A stretch of 63,915 nucleotides of DNA, counting the filler, from Lenisia limosa (lineage: Eukaryota; Protista; Breviatea), in assembly GCA_001655205.1 (NCBI GenBank). It is 14 parts of 14 records of this genome, joined end to end, with 100 filler letters (N's around TTAATTAATTAA, not from the genome) between each part and the next. Parts side by side here need not be neighbours in the genome. Positions count along the whole stretch, not along the records: positions 45,371 to 46,600 come from LPNZ01004469.1; positions 46,701 to 49,019 come from LPNZ01010830.1; positions 49,120 to 50,418 come from LPNZ01009404.1; positions 50,519 to 59,369 come from LPNZ01006420.1; 10 more parts are not named here. One strand, given 5' to 3'. The notes under the pieces were generated by a model. That model was not told the DNA's origin and did no database searches. It saw only the letters and a program-made list of their open reading frames with translations. The first letter of the stretch is position 1. Each line of letters starts with the position of its first letter. Shown piece by piece: positions 45,371 to 57,852 of the stretch. The position numbers and the translations under genes were made by a program.

Positions 45371-46330
45371 ACGACATTGAAAAGGCTCTTCTTGGTCTCC
45401 TGGACTCCAAAGACCATGGAATTGTGAAGGTGGGACCGGGGGTATTTATACTCTTTCACATGATATATGAATTATACACTATAGTAATTCATGATATACT
45501 TATATTATTTAGTTACATATAGTTATATACTATTTAGATATCTTTCATGTATTTATATAGTTGTATGTCTATTGTATACTATATGTCTGGATATAAAAAA
45601 ATAATATCGAATGAACTCACTTCAACTAGTACGCGGTCAAGGCTTTGGTCACCTCTCACATCTATAGAATATTGTGTCAATATTTACAGCATCCCCATGT
45701 ATTATATAAAGCATCACCGCTTTCACATTACTTCTTCTAGTACGCGGTCAAGGCTTTGGTCACCATCGGCGGAGAGGAAGCTGCAGATAAGGCTGCTGAG
45801 GTGGGGNNNNNNNNNNNNNNNNNNNNNNNNNNNNNNNNNNNNNNNNNNNNNNNNNNNNNNNNNNNNNNNNNNNNNNNNNNNNNNNNNNNNNNNNNNNNNC
45901 TCTACCTGGGGTCCTCGCATCTCACTGCCGCTGCACGGGGAGTTGCCACTTTAGCCGTTCATTCATTCGGATCCATGAGGACGTCCGTTAACGATATTGA
46001 GGACATCTTACGTGCCGAGCTTGCTGATGATAACGTGGGAGTGGATAATTCAATAAAATCATCATCCCCTGGAGTTGATTTTGGGCTTCTTTTTTTTTTT
46101 TTCATAAATGTTCCAATTTGTTTTTTGTTTTTGTTTGGAGTTTCAGATTATTTGGTTCGTGATTAGCACCTTTGCGCCAATATTCTTCATCGAAATTTCA
46201 TTCGTTTACTCCCCAGGACGCCCCTCCCAGCACCAGTTTTACAGCTCTCTCGCCAGCCCTGACTACCAAGCTTATTTGCCTGAAGTCCTTGGTGCATCTC
46301 CTCCTCGCAAGACCCCATGATTGTGGGGAA
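45371..46330 (+). CDS. HEAT-repeat protein fragment, PDS5 (cohesin regulator)-like
   Basis: DIEKALLGLLDSKDHGIVK-YAVKALVTIGGEE...LGSSHLTAAARGVATLAVHSFGSMRTSVNDIEDILRAELADDN-DAPPSTSFTALSPALTTKLICLKSLVHLLL follows the PDS5 order AK.AV.. / L..LG.I / LS.....K..A.K.LV..LL. Confidence 0.55.
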
Positions 46331-46700
46331 TATGCTGTAGTGATGTTAGTGATGTTAGTAATGTTAATAATAATTAATGATTATAATGGGGGAGTGGGGA
46401 TTGTTAATAATTAGTGATTGTGTGTGTGGGGTGTATAATGATACTGATGATGTGTTGTGGTTTTTGGTATTTTGATGAATGATAATGGGTGAGGAGTGTT
46501 AATAATGTTAATAATGTTAATGATTATAATGGGGGGTTGGGATGGTGCTATGGGTGGTATTATTACTGATTTTGTGTGTGGCTGGAAGGGGGGGGGGGGG
46601 NNNNNNNNNNNNNNNNNNNNNNNNNNNNNNNNNNNNNNNNNNNNTTAATTAATTAANNNNNNNNNNNNNNNNNNNNNNNNNNNNNNNNNNNNNNNNNNNN

Positions 46701-46748
<48 letters not shown>

Positions 46749-46775
46749 GTGATGGTGATGACGATGGTGATGATT

Positions 46776-46814
<39 letters not shown>

Positions 46815-46840
46815 TTGATGATGATGTTGATGTTGATATT
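46701..46840. repeat. (ATG)n microsatellite at a scaffold start
   Basis: Direct reading of the sequence. Confidence 0.95.
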
Positions 46841-47319
46841 CTTACCACCCCCACCCAGATACGAATGATTTTGGCTCTTTTTTTTTTNNNNNNNNNNNNN
46901 NNNNNNNNNNNNNNNNNNNNNNNNNNNNNNNNNNNNNNNNNNNNNNNNNNNNNNNNNNNNNNNNNNNNNNNNNNNNNNNNNNNNNNNNNNNNNNNNNNNN
47001 NNNNNNNNNNNNNNNNNNNNNNNNNNNNNNNNNNNNNNNNNNNNNNNNNNNNNNNNNNNNNNNNNNNNNNNNNNNNNNNNNNNNNNNNNNNNNNNNNNNN
47101 NNNNNNNNNNNNNNNNNNNNNNNNNNNNNNNNNNNNNNNNNNNNNNNNNNNNNNNNNNNNNNNNNNNNNNNNNTCTGGAGGTGGGAGGGGAAGAAGAGTG
47201 AATGGGAAGTGGAATGGAGGAACACATCTTGCCTTCCTTAGATTGGATAGATATAGAACCTTCCGTATATGGCAAGTATTATGACAGCCTTTCACTGCAC
47301 TTCACATCATATTTTCAGG

Positions 47320-48690
47320 AGGAAATCGACAGCAAAAACACAGAGATGTTCACTCAGAAAGCCGAACTCGAGCGAGTTGGGCATGCCAACGAAGACGCTG
47401 CCAAAATCGAAGCTCAATTACTCGAAGAAATCTCCAATGCAAGAGAGGNNNNNNNNNNNNNNNNNNNNNNNNNNNNNNNNNNNNNNNNNNNNNNNNNNNN
47501 NNNNNNNNNNNNNNNNNNNNNNNNNNNNNNNNNNNNNNNNNNNNNNNNNNNNNNNNNNNNNNNNNNNNNNNNNNNNNNNNNNNNNNNNNNNNNNNNNNNN
47601 NNNNNNNNNNNNNNNNNNNNNNNNNNNNNNNNNNNNNNNNNNNNNNNNNNNNNNNNNNNNGGCCATCGATGATGTTAGGACGGAGAACGTGACTCTACAG
47701 AACACACTGATTGCTGAGAAGGGGCGAACCGCTCAACTCAGTGATGAGGTTGGGGGGGAGGGGATTGTGTGATTATATTAATGCTGAATATACTATTTTG
47801 TTAAATGTTTTTGATAATGGAAGGAAGAAAGGATGCTTTATCATGATATGTGGAAGGAAGAAAAGATGATAATGTCTATGATATGTTACAGTATTCTTCT
47901 ATCATCATGCACCCCTTGTGTATCACCTTTAACTTTTTATAACTTTCTTTCTTACAGTCTACTTCCTTTTTTTATATCCTTCTATCGCAGTAACGGTGTA
48001 CTTCCGTTAATATCCCCTCTGACCGCTATAGATCCGCAACCTTATTGATGAGAGTAACAGTCTGAAGATTAACTACGAAGGAACCAAGGCCGATCTGGTT
48101 GGGGGGTGGGAGACATATTGCATTATATTGTTTGAACGTCGTCTTTAGGGTTGAAGGGGGTAAGGATGGCTTGATGAAACAAAACAAAAACCAAAATCAA
48201 CACTATGGTGATGATAGGATGTATGCCCTACTTCACGTTTCAGAACAAGTTTGAAAATTTGCATAGAGTCCTAGGTCTTTTACTAATTCATGCGCTAGAT
48301 CAACGCGAGAATCTCCCTGGCATCTCCAATCCGCGGCTTGACTAGTTCCCAAGATAACCACCAGGAAACCCTGGCTATGACTGTCAAAGACCTCGAGGTG
48401 AGAACTTTTGTGCTTAGCAGAAAAGCGTACATCCCATCATCATCATCACCATTATGATAGGATGTACGCCCAACTTACTTCTTTTGGGGATGGTATTGCA
48501 CGTCCTCCTATATTGACGTTTCCCCCACGATCGAGTTCCTTGCAAATGGTGTTCAGCTCCCCCACCTCTTCATTCAGGACCTTACCCCTTCCTCCTCCAG
48601 AAGGACCTGGGCTTTGCCAATTCTCAGCTGAAGGAAGCCGCGACACGTGAACGCAAAATCGCTGCTGACCTCACCAATTTGAGGGGGCAG
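47320..48690 (+). CDS. Coiled-coil protein fragment
   Basis: Exons EEIDSKNTEMFTQKAELERVGHANEDAAKIEAQLLEEISNARE, AIDDVRTENVTLQNTLIAEKGRTAQLSDE and DLGFANSQLKEAATRERKIAADLTNLRGQ, with GT donors. Confidence 0.55.
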
Positions 48691-49149
48691 GTGAGTGGGG
48701 GTATGACGAAACCCTAAATAGAGACTATAGTATATAAATATGATTATATGGTATCTTATATTATATGCTTGTGTGTGTATCTATAATATTACTCTCTGAA
48801 ATTGTTGGAATCTCGAAATTTCCCCGGATTTAATCGAATCCGTGGAATATACCCATCATATCTTTTATTACTACCATCACCACCAGGTTTTTTAATTCAC
48901 CCACCCACCCACCCCCAGATTTTATGCTTCTATTTTTTCTTTTTTTTATTTAAATGTTCTATTAGTGTCTGAACTATTCTTTGACATTTGTTCCTTATCC
49001 CTTGAACTCTCTGCTGGTCNNNNNNNNNNNNNNNNNNNNNNNNNNNNNNNNNNNNNNNNNNNNTTAATTAATTAANNNNNNNNNNNNNNNNNNNNNNNNN
49101 NNNNNNNNNNNNNNNNNNNCGCATATTCAAATAACGCCACATCATAATC

Positions 49150-49650
49150 TTCCCCCCCACCCGAGTCAGCTCTTCGGGCGTTGAGGGCAATTGACTGGCA
49201 CAAATGACTAACAAGCCGCCCACAGTGCTCTCTCACAATGGGTCTGGAGCGTCAGAAACGGGCAGAATGGCAAAGAAGGAATTACTGTGACATTCAATCT
49301 CACCATGAGACATGCGTCCATTTCAAGCCCACTTAATAGCCCTCCCCCAAGCCTACAGGGGGTCTACAACAAGGACGAATGCAGCGTGCAAGACTTTCGC
49401 GAGGTCTGGTATGAGACAAGCGCCGTGCCTGGGGTAGATAGTAATGAGAGCTGGTTGGTGTGGAAAACAAAATTTGAAATTACAAACACGGCCTGGATTA
49501 ACCCCTTCTTTACCGCCTTTAACTAAACCATGCTCCTCAGACCAATACGCCACTTCAGCAAGCAGCAAGATAGCCAGTGCAGCAGGAGTTACCGTATCAC
49601 CGTCATCACATTCATCATCACTATCGTTGCCAAAGTCGCCTGTCGAGTAC
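49150..49650 (-). CDS. Hypothetical protein exon fragments
   Basis: A C-run plus CAG acceptor precedes YSTGDFGNDSDDECDDGDTVTPAALAILLLAEVAYWSEEHGLV; the downstream exons are unresolved. Confidence 0.3.
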
Positions 49651-50269
49651 TGTGTGTGTGGGGGGGGGGGGGNNNNNNNNNNNNNNNNNNNNNNNNNNNN
49701 NNNNNNNNNNNNNNNNNNNNNNNNNNNNNNNNNNNNNNNNNNNNNNNNNNNNNNNNNNNNNNNNNNNNNNNNNNNAACAAACTGTGAAAAAAATCGGAAA
49801 ATTACCAAAAAAATACAAAAGAGAAACAGTTATTGTGGAAGCTGCATATATTGAGCAAACGTTTGCGATTTGGATGTTGTAGCTCTTGCGACCAGATGGT
49901 ACATTGGAAGATGATGCTGGGGGGTCAGAAAGGGTTTTGTGTTATTGTACAGAAAAATGTTTACTGCTATTTACTTCTCTAAATATGGTTGCTTACGTAC
50001 AGCAAAGTCTCATATTTTTAACATTATTACGAGTACTCAATATCCTAGTTTCAATACATACAATACAAACGGGTAAGCAAAGATATAGCATAATGTTAAT
50101 CATAGACAAAGGCGATGCACCATCTCATTGGGCGGATGGTGCATAATAAGTCCACAATAGACAACAATTACCAACATTTCAGATTGCCTAGGGAGAGCGA
50201 AGGAACGACGGGAGCCTCCTACACTGTAAGAAACCAGTAAAGTTTGATGACACCCTTCTTGACCTAATA

Positions 50270-50318
50270 ACACACACACACAGAGAGAGAGACACACACA
50301 CACACACACACACACACA

Positions 50319-50368
<50 letters not shown>

Positions 50369-50418
50369 AGAGAGAGAGAGAGAGACAGAGAGAGACACAG
50401 AGAGAGAGAGAGAGACAG
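50270..50418. repeat. Compound (AC)n/(AG)n microsatellite at a scaffold end
   Basis: Direct reading of the sequence. Confidence 0.95.
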
Positions 50419-50569
50419 NNNNNNNNNNNNNNNNNNNNNNNNNNNNNNNNNNNNNNNNNNNNTTAATTAATTAANNNNNNNNNNNNNNNNNNNNNNNNNN
50501 NNNNNNNNNNNNNNNNNNGTACACCTATACATATACTACTATATGATCGTGATAGGTCTTCATCCAACC

Positions 50570-53500
50570 ACAAACCTGATCAGCAAATGGTTTGCAATCC
50601 AAACAAGAGGTGTTGCGGTCAGCGCGGCATCTTTTCGAAGAAACGAATACGTACGGTGTAAAACTGGTTCCAGTATCTTCATTGCTCTTTCGAAATAGAC
50701 AAACGGAAGCCTAAATCTTTGAGCAAAGGAATGTTGCTATTACGACTCTGTGCAATTATTTTTTGAAGAAAGAAATTGATAACAGTTAAAATTAAAGAGT
50801 CTGAAATGGACAGTCAAGTCTTTCTTTTTCATTTCTCACTTCTACTTATGATATGCAAACTCTCACCTGTTCAGAAGACAGACCGCGAAATGTGTAATGA
50901 ATTTCTCCTTAATGAGCGAGTGATGGGGCGGGGTCTGGAGCCAAAGAAGCTAAGAAGTGAGGTCGAGCCAAAGAAGCTAAGAAGTGAGGTCATGTTATCC
51001 TAAANNNNNNNNNNNNNNNNNNNNNNNNNNNNNNNNNNNNNNNNNNNNNNNNNNNNNNNNNNNNNNNNNNNNNNNNNTTAACTCATCTTCTTTTGAAACA
51101 TATCATAATTATGTAGAAATGGGAAGTGATAAAATCGATATAGCTAGTAGTATATATATTTTGAGAAATGATTACATCACATGTATTATACTAGATATCA
51201 TATATAAATTAGAATGATTCTGTTCAAGGTTTTAGGCTCACCGAATTGTAGTATTCAGACTTCACAGATGCAGTGAGAAAGGCGAACAGTGTTCCTTCCA
51301 CCTTTAGTGTCAAATTGTAAATAAAAGACAATTAGAGGAAAGGTTTCATTGCTTTGATCGGATGTTGTCAAGAATAGCGGGTAGTTTTTGACCGTTTCTA
51401 ACAAAAAAAAAAATAATAATAAAAAAAAAAAAAANNNNNNNNNNNNNNNNNNNNNNNNNNNNNNNNNNNNNNNNNNNNNNNNNNNNNNNNNNNNNNNNNN
51501 NNNNNNNNNNNNNNNNNNNNNNNNNNNNNNNCATCAGTTACCTCATAAACAGGACCTGAGGGACGCGGTAAAACAAAGATATATATCGGCACGTGCATAT
51601 AGGTGTCATTTCATATCAAATCTTAGATTCAACAGATACTACATGTATGTATGAATGATCAATTTGCAGGGTGTTCATTCAAGGCGTTCTTTTGGAAATT
51701 AAAAATTGAACCAATTATTTAGTTTGCTCTAAAACTTTTTCGTGCCATGTATAATCCATTATAGTGCAAAACCTTCACACACAAAAAGGCCAACTATTAC
51801 CAAACCACAGCCAACCAGAAGGTAGTAAAATTCTTTTAAACACAGAGGGGCCGCATCTTGCCTCCTCAAAGAACGATACTCCTCTTTTGGTCTTTCCCAG
51901 AACGCCAGTTTCCCTAGCCTCCTGCCGTGAGTGCCGAAATTGAAAGTAAAGCGTTACAAGCGCAATTTTAGCTTCCTAAACCATCAGTTAAATGAGAGCT
52001 TACTTTTTTGCTATTGTAAATAAAACAGTTTCCAATAAAAATATCTTCAGAAAAAAGCCTGTCAACAGACTCACTACCCCCCATTCCTGTTTTTAGCATA
52101 ACCACAACTATACCACTCATTGCAACTAATCACAATCCCCTCCAGATGATTAATAGTCGAGTCATATTCAGAATCTCAACTCTTACTATAAACAGCTTAC
52201 TCGTTCCAAAATAGGGTCACCCGGGGCAAAACGGATAGAGCCATTGCCACCCAGAAGAGACCCAAGGTCAGCCTCATTGAAAAGCGTATAGTCAGAGACC
52301 CATGCCAGATGTGGAGCCAACGTTGCTATGGCTAGGAGTCCGGACTCAACAGACCTGAGGGGAATAAAATACAAAAATACATAAATACATATATCTATAT
52401 ATATACATATATATAACATCAATGGAACTCCAATCTTTACCCACAAACCTCAGTATGTCATAAGAACCACTGAAACTTGTAAAAACTTGTTCAAATCGGT
52501 CATCCTGTTGAGGTGAGACAAGCACTCCGATTATCCTGTTTTTCTTGATTTTTGACCTGTCCATCCATTTAGACTAGCAAATGAATTTTTGGATAATTCC
52601 TTGATGAAATTATCAATATAATTAGGCATCAAGAGAATACTGTCATTTGCAATTGAAAGGAGACAAAAAGTCCCCACAGAGGCTGTTCACACCATAAACT
52701 TATAAAAGACGCTCTGACTAAGCAAAATTATACAATAAAGTAACCCGCCCATTTAACTTATAACTCCAATATGATTACAAAAAGAGGATTTAATAACATT
52801 AAACCCTTGAATACCGAAATGGATTCTTCTGAAAAATAGAGACCCTCAATAGACGCTTCGAGAGATTTCGGAGCAACTTGGGTGTAAAAGGCAAGAGAAC
52901 AAAAAACGCGATTCAAAATGTGACCTTTCCAGAATAAAATTCTGGAAGAGTCTTATTATGAACTTGCAGTGTAAATAGCCGCTAATACATCAATCATCTA
53001 GATTCTATTGATATTTAATTCTATATCTTGAACTCAAAAGGCCCACAGAAAAGTGCCGACGCCGTTAGAACAGAAGGCGCGAATTGAACTGCAGCATTGT
53101 TGACCAGAATCGGCCGAATGCAGTATACCGGGTCCTCCCTGTTGTGTTAGAGTACTGGGAGAGAGGGGAGTTGTTAGACAATAGGATGTTTGTGAGGGTG
53201 GAATGGGGATTCAATATTCGATAAAATGGTGTAATGTTGGAGGTGAAAGCATAATGTTGTAAAATAAAACGGACACCCATTAACACAAATGTAAAATTAC
53301 AAAATAAAACGGGGATAAATAATCCAAACGATATTAATTCAGAAATACATAATAACCCAGTTGGTTAGCCTACATAAAGAGCCCCTTTGTTTTCGCCTGC
53401 AGCTTGATCATTTTACTAAAAAAATATCAGTTACACAAGTGAAGGGGGAGACCAACGTTGCTCTTTCCTGGTGACATAGAAGCAACGGAGCGATTTTGAG

Positions 53501-53790
53501 GCCTGGGGACTGGATGCCAAGCATGGAATTGAGCGTAGAGTTCTTGAAGCTACTCTGATCAAAGCCCCAAGTCAACGGCATCGCTTGGAAGAATGCTGTT
53601 GTTGGTTAGTTTATACATTTTAGGGGTTGACATTGCCTCACTCTCCGCATTCTTAGGGTTGGAAAGGAAAACAGTCCAGTCTTCAGGGAGTTTGAGCCTC
53701 TCATTGTTTAGCAATTGCAAAATTGCCGCAATTGGGGCATCGCCAAGCTCCATCGGTCCCATAGTCTTTACATCGCAAAGAGATTAACCT
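50570..53790 (-). other. Exon-like fragments of an unidentified, possibly decayed gene
   Basis: Some clean GT-AG exons (for example ~52195-52354 SVESGLLAIATLAPHLAWVSDY..., and ~50590-50715 RLPFVYFERAMKILEPVLHR...), but I could not join the neighbouring segments without frameshifts. Confidence 0.3.
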
Positions 53791-54339
53791 GACAAAGCAT
53801 CTGCTATACACTTGTTTTATGAACTACGTTCCTGAAACTACAGTGACTTCCACTTTATTTTGTCTATTTTTTTCGAGGTAAAATGTATCAACTGGACTAG
53901 TGATTATATGTATTTAAGGAAAATAAAAAATGGGCCATTCTCTTTCACCCTTAAAGAATCGTATATTAGTGTATGGTGTGTAATATATTATTAATAACAG
54001 GATAGCAAGATAACGCAAACAAAAATATATATGAGATTAAACTGCTACTCCTTTCTGTGTTAAAACCCCAGAGAGAGAGAGAGAGAGAAAGCAAGAGGAA
54101 AGGTAATTTGGGAATGGTGATATTCCACTTTTGCTGTGATTATTCCTATTGTTGTAATCATTTGCCTCGATCATATAATAATCGCAAGACCGTTAGCTGT
54201 CCAATTATGTTAATAAGAGTCTAATAACTCTTTGTCGGACTAAGCTCCCGTTTTTAGGTTTCAACACCCTAGACACATGAAGAATATTCTTAAATCTTCA
54301 TATTTATCTTTTGATTTTAAGATGATAATGACTGAAGCA

Positions 54340-57300
54340 GAGGGGATCCAAGCCAACTGACTGGATTAAACCTTCCAATTCACGATGGATTGGATGAAAC
54401 AAAAAGGTAGGTTTTGCATTGATGGTTTGATACAGCTATTTTGGGCTTTTTTTTGCTTCATATGTTTCCATTTATTATCNNNNNNNNNNNNNNNNNNNNN
54501 NNNNNNNNNNNNNNNNNNNNNNNNNNNNNNNNNNNNNNNNNNNNNNNNNNNNNNNNNNNNNNNNNNNNNNNNNNNNNNNNNNGCGTAACTTTTCAGCGCT
54601 TGGGATTACTTTATACTCCAAAATGTATCGTATAAGCGTGATATACTCTATGTGTATGTAAATATCATTATACTATAATCAAATATCTCTTATAAGCATG
54701 GTTACTAACTCTAATTTTCTCAGTTCTATATGTTTACAGTGGCTGAGATAGTTCTGACATGATTCACAAAAGATAACGTTTTAGTATCATATGATATTTT
54801 TTTCTCATATAAACAATCGATGACTATCCAGCACTTGGGGCATTCGAAGCTGCGGTTGAGCCAGTTGTGTGCAGGGCAAATGCAATACAGGAAACCTTTC
54901 AGCTCAGTAAGGGGGCTGCGTTTGGGTGAGGGGGGGGGGAGTAAAAATGGTATTTGTGAAACAAAAAAAAAACCCAAATAATTAACTGCAGNNNNNNNNN
55001 NNNNNNNNNNNNNNNNNNNNNNNNNNNNNNNNNNNNNNNNNNNNNNNNNNNNNNNNNNNNNNNNNNNNNAGTTTTACGGCATCCAACTCTTGAATTCATT
55101 TTTTTCCTGGAACTAATGGGGTAAAGCCCCAAACCTGACTGAAACTATTTTGTTTATTCGACTCTATTTGGTTACTCTTTCTAATTTGATCAGACTCCCA
55201 TCTTCACACAGTGAGCTCCGCAACAGCCAATATCTTCGTCAATGAAACTGAAGAGCAGAAAAAGGTTTTTTAAAAAAAGATATATAACTGAGTACATAAA
55301 TACATAGTGGTACCATAAAAATTACCATACTTCCTCACTTACCAGTTGACACTGTAGAATCAGTTAGTGTTATTATGGAAATTAGGTGGTGATCTTCATT
55401 TGGAGAGAGAGGAATCGTTAATTTCAAAGAGTGTTTTATGTACAACCGCTGCGATTTCATTGATTGTCCTTTAGCCCCAAGTCTGGACCTTCTACTCGCC
55501 TCAGATCAACTTCCGCCACCTCTTCACCCATTCATCAACATCACATTGTAAGTTACGACAGTTATCAAAGATGCTGTTTTGCTCATTATGTGACTATATG
55601 AATGCATATTATATACATAGCTATATCATATTAATTTGTTTTCAATATATTGACAATCAACTAACCAAGTAGTTAAGTCTCAAAAAAATCTTCGTTTTGT
55701 CAAACCGGCTTTCATGGTTCCCAACACGTCTGGTTGGTCTGGGTTTGCCTTTAATAATACTATGGAGTATTTAAAGTGTCCATTTACAGTTTTAGCCGGA
55801 CTGGTTGAACAAGAGACCCATGCGTCAGGAACTCTTGAGTTATTTCAACAGGAAGAATACTTAAAAAGGTCTGAGCTGCCTCATGTCACGTAGCTAATCT
55901 CTTTCTTGCTCAATGTGGGCCACAGTCATTCGCCAACCACCCCGTTGTACAGGCAATTTGGTATCAAAACGTGTCATTGGATCATTCTTTAAGTGAAGCT
56001 CATTTATTTACATTTTTCAAATCTTATCATTCTTCAGGTTTGTTGAAGCCTTCAAAGGGTATGTAGTTGCCAGTCCAAATCTCGCTGAGACACTACCCAA
56101 AATAGCCCAGGTTTGAAATTTCACAATCTCCTTTGGTAAAAACCAATGTGAAATTCTGAATATTCCCCACAATTTTTTGATAAACCTTGATATATTCCAT
56201 ACTCTCCTGTTTTTGTCCATAAAGAAGCCGTTATGATACGGAGAAACCTTTGCTTGAAGACTTGGTTTTAATTTGTAGACTATTTCACAGTTTGAAATCT
56301 TCCTTTTTGTCTCTCCCATCCTAAATTTTAAAGAGTTGATTATTACATAAATTTGCTGTTTTCACCCCCTCCCCAGCTCATCCGAGATCTCTTCGCCCAT
56401 GATATTGACCCCTTGTAAGCGTGGCGTTAAAATCCAACTCACCACCCTCCCCTGTCCTCCCACTACTTTCCTGATCCCCCCCCCCGCCCGGAGGAGCTGG
56501 GGGGGGGGTACTAACAGCAGTGGATTCTAGAGTGCTTCGTTGCATATTAATTCAAACCATCTCTGTTACCCCAAAATATTGGTATTTTTTTGGTCTAATC
56601 ATATTTTAATTATTTTGGTCTCTACCCTTTTGGGATATGATTAACTCAAACCTCCCATTTTTCAGCAAGTACACCATCCTTGAGAAATTATTTCGCCAAA
56701 TTGGAACGCATATGTTCCTTCAAACCATTTTTGGCTCGGCAGTTTTCAACTCGGGTAGGCTGGTGAACTTTTGCCATTTTTTTTAGTCTAGCCTTACAAC
56801 ACTGTGTACACGGCTTTCCCGGTGCCTCCCCTGTAGATATGAGAATATTTGGACCAAGTAGTATGTGCTTGTTGTTTTATTGCGATTTCCATATCATTTC
56901 TCGGATTAAATTACAACTGTCATTAGTGGGACTTCACTTTGATTCGAAAAAAACCAGTAAATATCGATAGTTTTCGAGGATTTATTGGGAAATTCAGTCT
57001 TTTTTTGGACCAAAATGAAGCCCTAATCATTAGTGACACTTCGTCAAAGACTCCTTCTAATTTCTGTTCAGAACTCGGAATACAACCCACCTCACAAAAT
57101 TCCATGACGGAGGTGAGCATTCTAGAAACAATAGATAATAGTTTTTTTCTTTGATATCAATCTATGATATATAATGTGTAATTCTTCATATTGTGACTGT
57201 GGGTGACCAATATTAGTTCGATTTCCTACTGCCAGACAAAGAGCAAATATACATCCATTTCCATCCATTACAATAGAGCTGACTTTTTGATCAGGTACAA

Positions 57301-57475
57301 TAATGCATCGATGGGTTATAATTACAAAAAGAACACACAACTTATATTTTATTTTCTTTCGCTTTCTTTTCTTTTAATAATTTTACCATATTTAGATAGG
57401 CATGACAGGACCAAGGCCGCTCTCAGAACTCCTTCTAACCGCATATTCAACTGAAAACTTACAGGTATTTATCTG
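54340..57475 (+). CDS. Hypothetical multi-exon protein
   Basis: Phase-consistent exons ALGAFEAAVEPVVCRANAIQETFQL, SHLHTVSSATANIFVNETEEQKK, APSLDLLLASDQLPPPLHPF, FVEAFKGYVVASPNLAETLPKIAQ-LIRDLFAHDIDPF-KYTILEKLFRQIGTHMFLQTIFGSAVFNS-ALQHCVHGFPG. Confidence 0.55.
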
Positions 57476-57852
57476 AACTTGATTTGGTATTGTCATATTA
57501 TATACATATACGTCCGTTCAAGATTCTGGTTTTTTCGGTATTTCCGGGTTTTTTGGGGTTTTTTTTCTTTTTATCTTTTTCTTTTCCAAATTAAATCTTT
57601 TGATAGTTAATGGCCATTTTAAAGTAAATATTTTCAAAACAGTAAATGCCATCACTGAATTTTCAATCACACTATATTTTTCAAAAAATGAACACACACA
57701 TCAACCAATTACAACCCTGTAGCACCTCTTCCTCTTCCTCTTGTGCACTAAATAGTAAACCATAACAGAAAAGATAGCGAAATACCCACGTATTGTGTCG
57801 TTTGCTGCAACACCATTGTCAGAAGAATCGCTATCTAAAGATGATGAACAGT

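Noticed and set aside
54780-54900. Minus-strand PHD/zinc-finger-like peptide LYCICPAHNWLNRSFECPKC
   Set aside because: The plus strand has a better exon, with strong acceptor and donor and a phase matching the next exon. The His ligand of a PHD is also missing.
56017-56319. 100-aa minus-strand ORF as a viral or transposon gene
   Set aside because: It is antisense to phase-consistent plus-strand exons.
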